IMG/VR virus record: IMGVR_UViG_3300025381_000048
Span: 1 to 36,080 of that record
Length of the DNA: 36,080 nucleotides
Source: a virus
Taxonomy: Duplodnaviria > Caudoviricetes
Reading direction: 5' to 3' (one strand)
Shown here piece by piece: positions 35,746 to 36,080 of the stretch (its first letter is position 1; each line of letters begins with the position of its first letter). Below the pieces are notes generated by a model, which was not told the DNA's origin, searched no databases, and saw nothing but the letters and a program-made list of their open reading frames with translations. Made by a program: the position numbers and the translations under genes.

Positions 35746-35969
35746 TTCGCACCCCGCGCGGCTTCAACGGCGGCTAGGCCCTCCGCGATGTAGTGACGAC
35801 AGGCGCATTCATCCGGAGTCATAGGGCGGGGGATGGGTTCAATAAACGCCGGGGAAACTGACGCAGTGATCGGCATAGTGCCATTCCAGCCCACCAACAC
35901 GCGGACCGCGTTACTGTCCGCAGAGTCCACCCGCAATCCAATTATGTCGTCAACTTTCCATTTTGTCAT
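35742..35969 (-). CDS. Hypothetical protein (75 aa)
   Basis: SD GGGAG; ATGA-coupled to the next gene. Confidence 0.65.
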   Translation of the reverse strand: MTKWKVDDIIGLRVDSADSNAVRVLVGWNGTMPITASVSPAFIEPIPRPMTPDECACRHYIAEGLAAVEAARGAK

Positions 35970-36080
35970 TTTTCGCTCCCACGATAATCCACAGAAAAGC
36001 CTTTCGATGCGGCGTATTTTACAAAATTATCAACCTTGTGGCGCGGAAGTGCCCATTGGCATCCCCAAGGTGTGTTTGCC

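Larger units (their letters stand above)
35020..35780. repeat. 761-bp direct repeat, copy 2
   Basis: Matches 849..1609 with four mismatches seen. Confidence 0.95.

Noticed and set aside
849-35780. Repeat pair as a diversity-generating retroelement TR/VR
   Set aside because: No reverse transcriptase is present. The mismatches are not confined to adenines on one strand, and the repeat is far longer than a typical TR.
849-35780. Repeat pair as direct terminal repeats or attL/attR
   Set aside because: The copies are internal with phage-like genes beyond both, and they differ at four sites. No integrase was recognised.
35966-36080. Partial ORF at the right edge
   Set aside because: Two frames are plausible: one ends at 35966, the other ends at 36019 and joins 1..127. 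I cannot choose without flanking sequence, so it is not listed as a feature.
1-36080. tRNA genes, integrase, CI-type repressor, DNA polymerase or primase
   Set aside because: No cloverleaf or diagnostic motifs were seen by eye. Absence is unconfirmed without tRNAscan and HMM searches.

Overview
The window reads as an essentially complete, probably circularly permuted, ~36 kb podovirus-type tailed phage genome. An alphaproteobacterial host is my inference, from a GcrA-like HTH gene, a GTA-type holin and a near-CtrA box. A leftward recombination and nucleotide-metabolism operon encodes a YqaJ exonuclease, an alpha-CTD-like protein, a RecT-like annealase, SSB, a Holliday junction resolvase, a glycosyltransferase and thyX, and appears to wrap round the window ends. 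It is followed by a lambda-O-like replication module, a leftward early block with ardC, and a repeat-rich non-coding switch region. The long rightward late operon encodes terminase, portal, scaffold, capsid, adaptor, nozzle, tail spike, ejection proteins, holin and a DUF2778/Tlde1-like putative lysin. I recognised no integrase, DNA polymerase, tRNA or CRISPR array. The most notable observations are four. (1) Unannotated protamine-like micro-ORFs of 13 and 10 aa lie behind the portal gene, followed by a hairpin and an H-type pseudoknot. (2) A 761-bp direct repeat brackets thyX in the circular view, with internally deleted mini-alleles of the flanking genes. (3) Helically phased CTCGAG and CTATAG palindrome arrays lie upstream of the packaging genes. 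(4) An L,D-transpeptidase-fold protein occupies the endolysin slot. All family calls come from motif recognition by eye; no database search was run.
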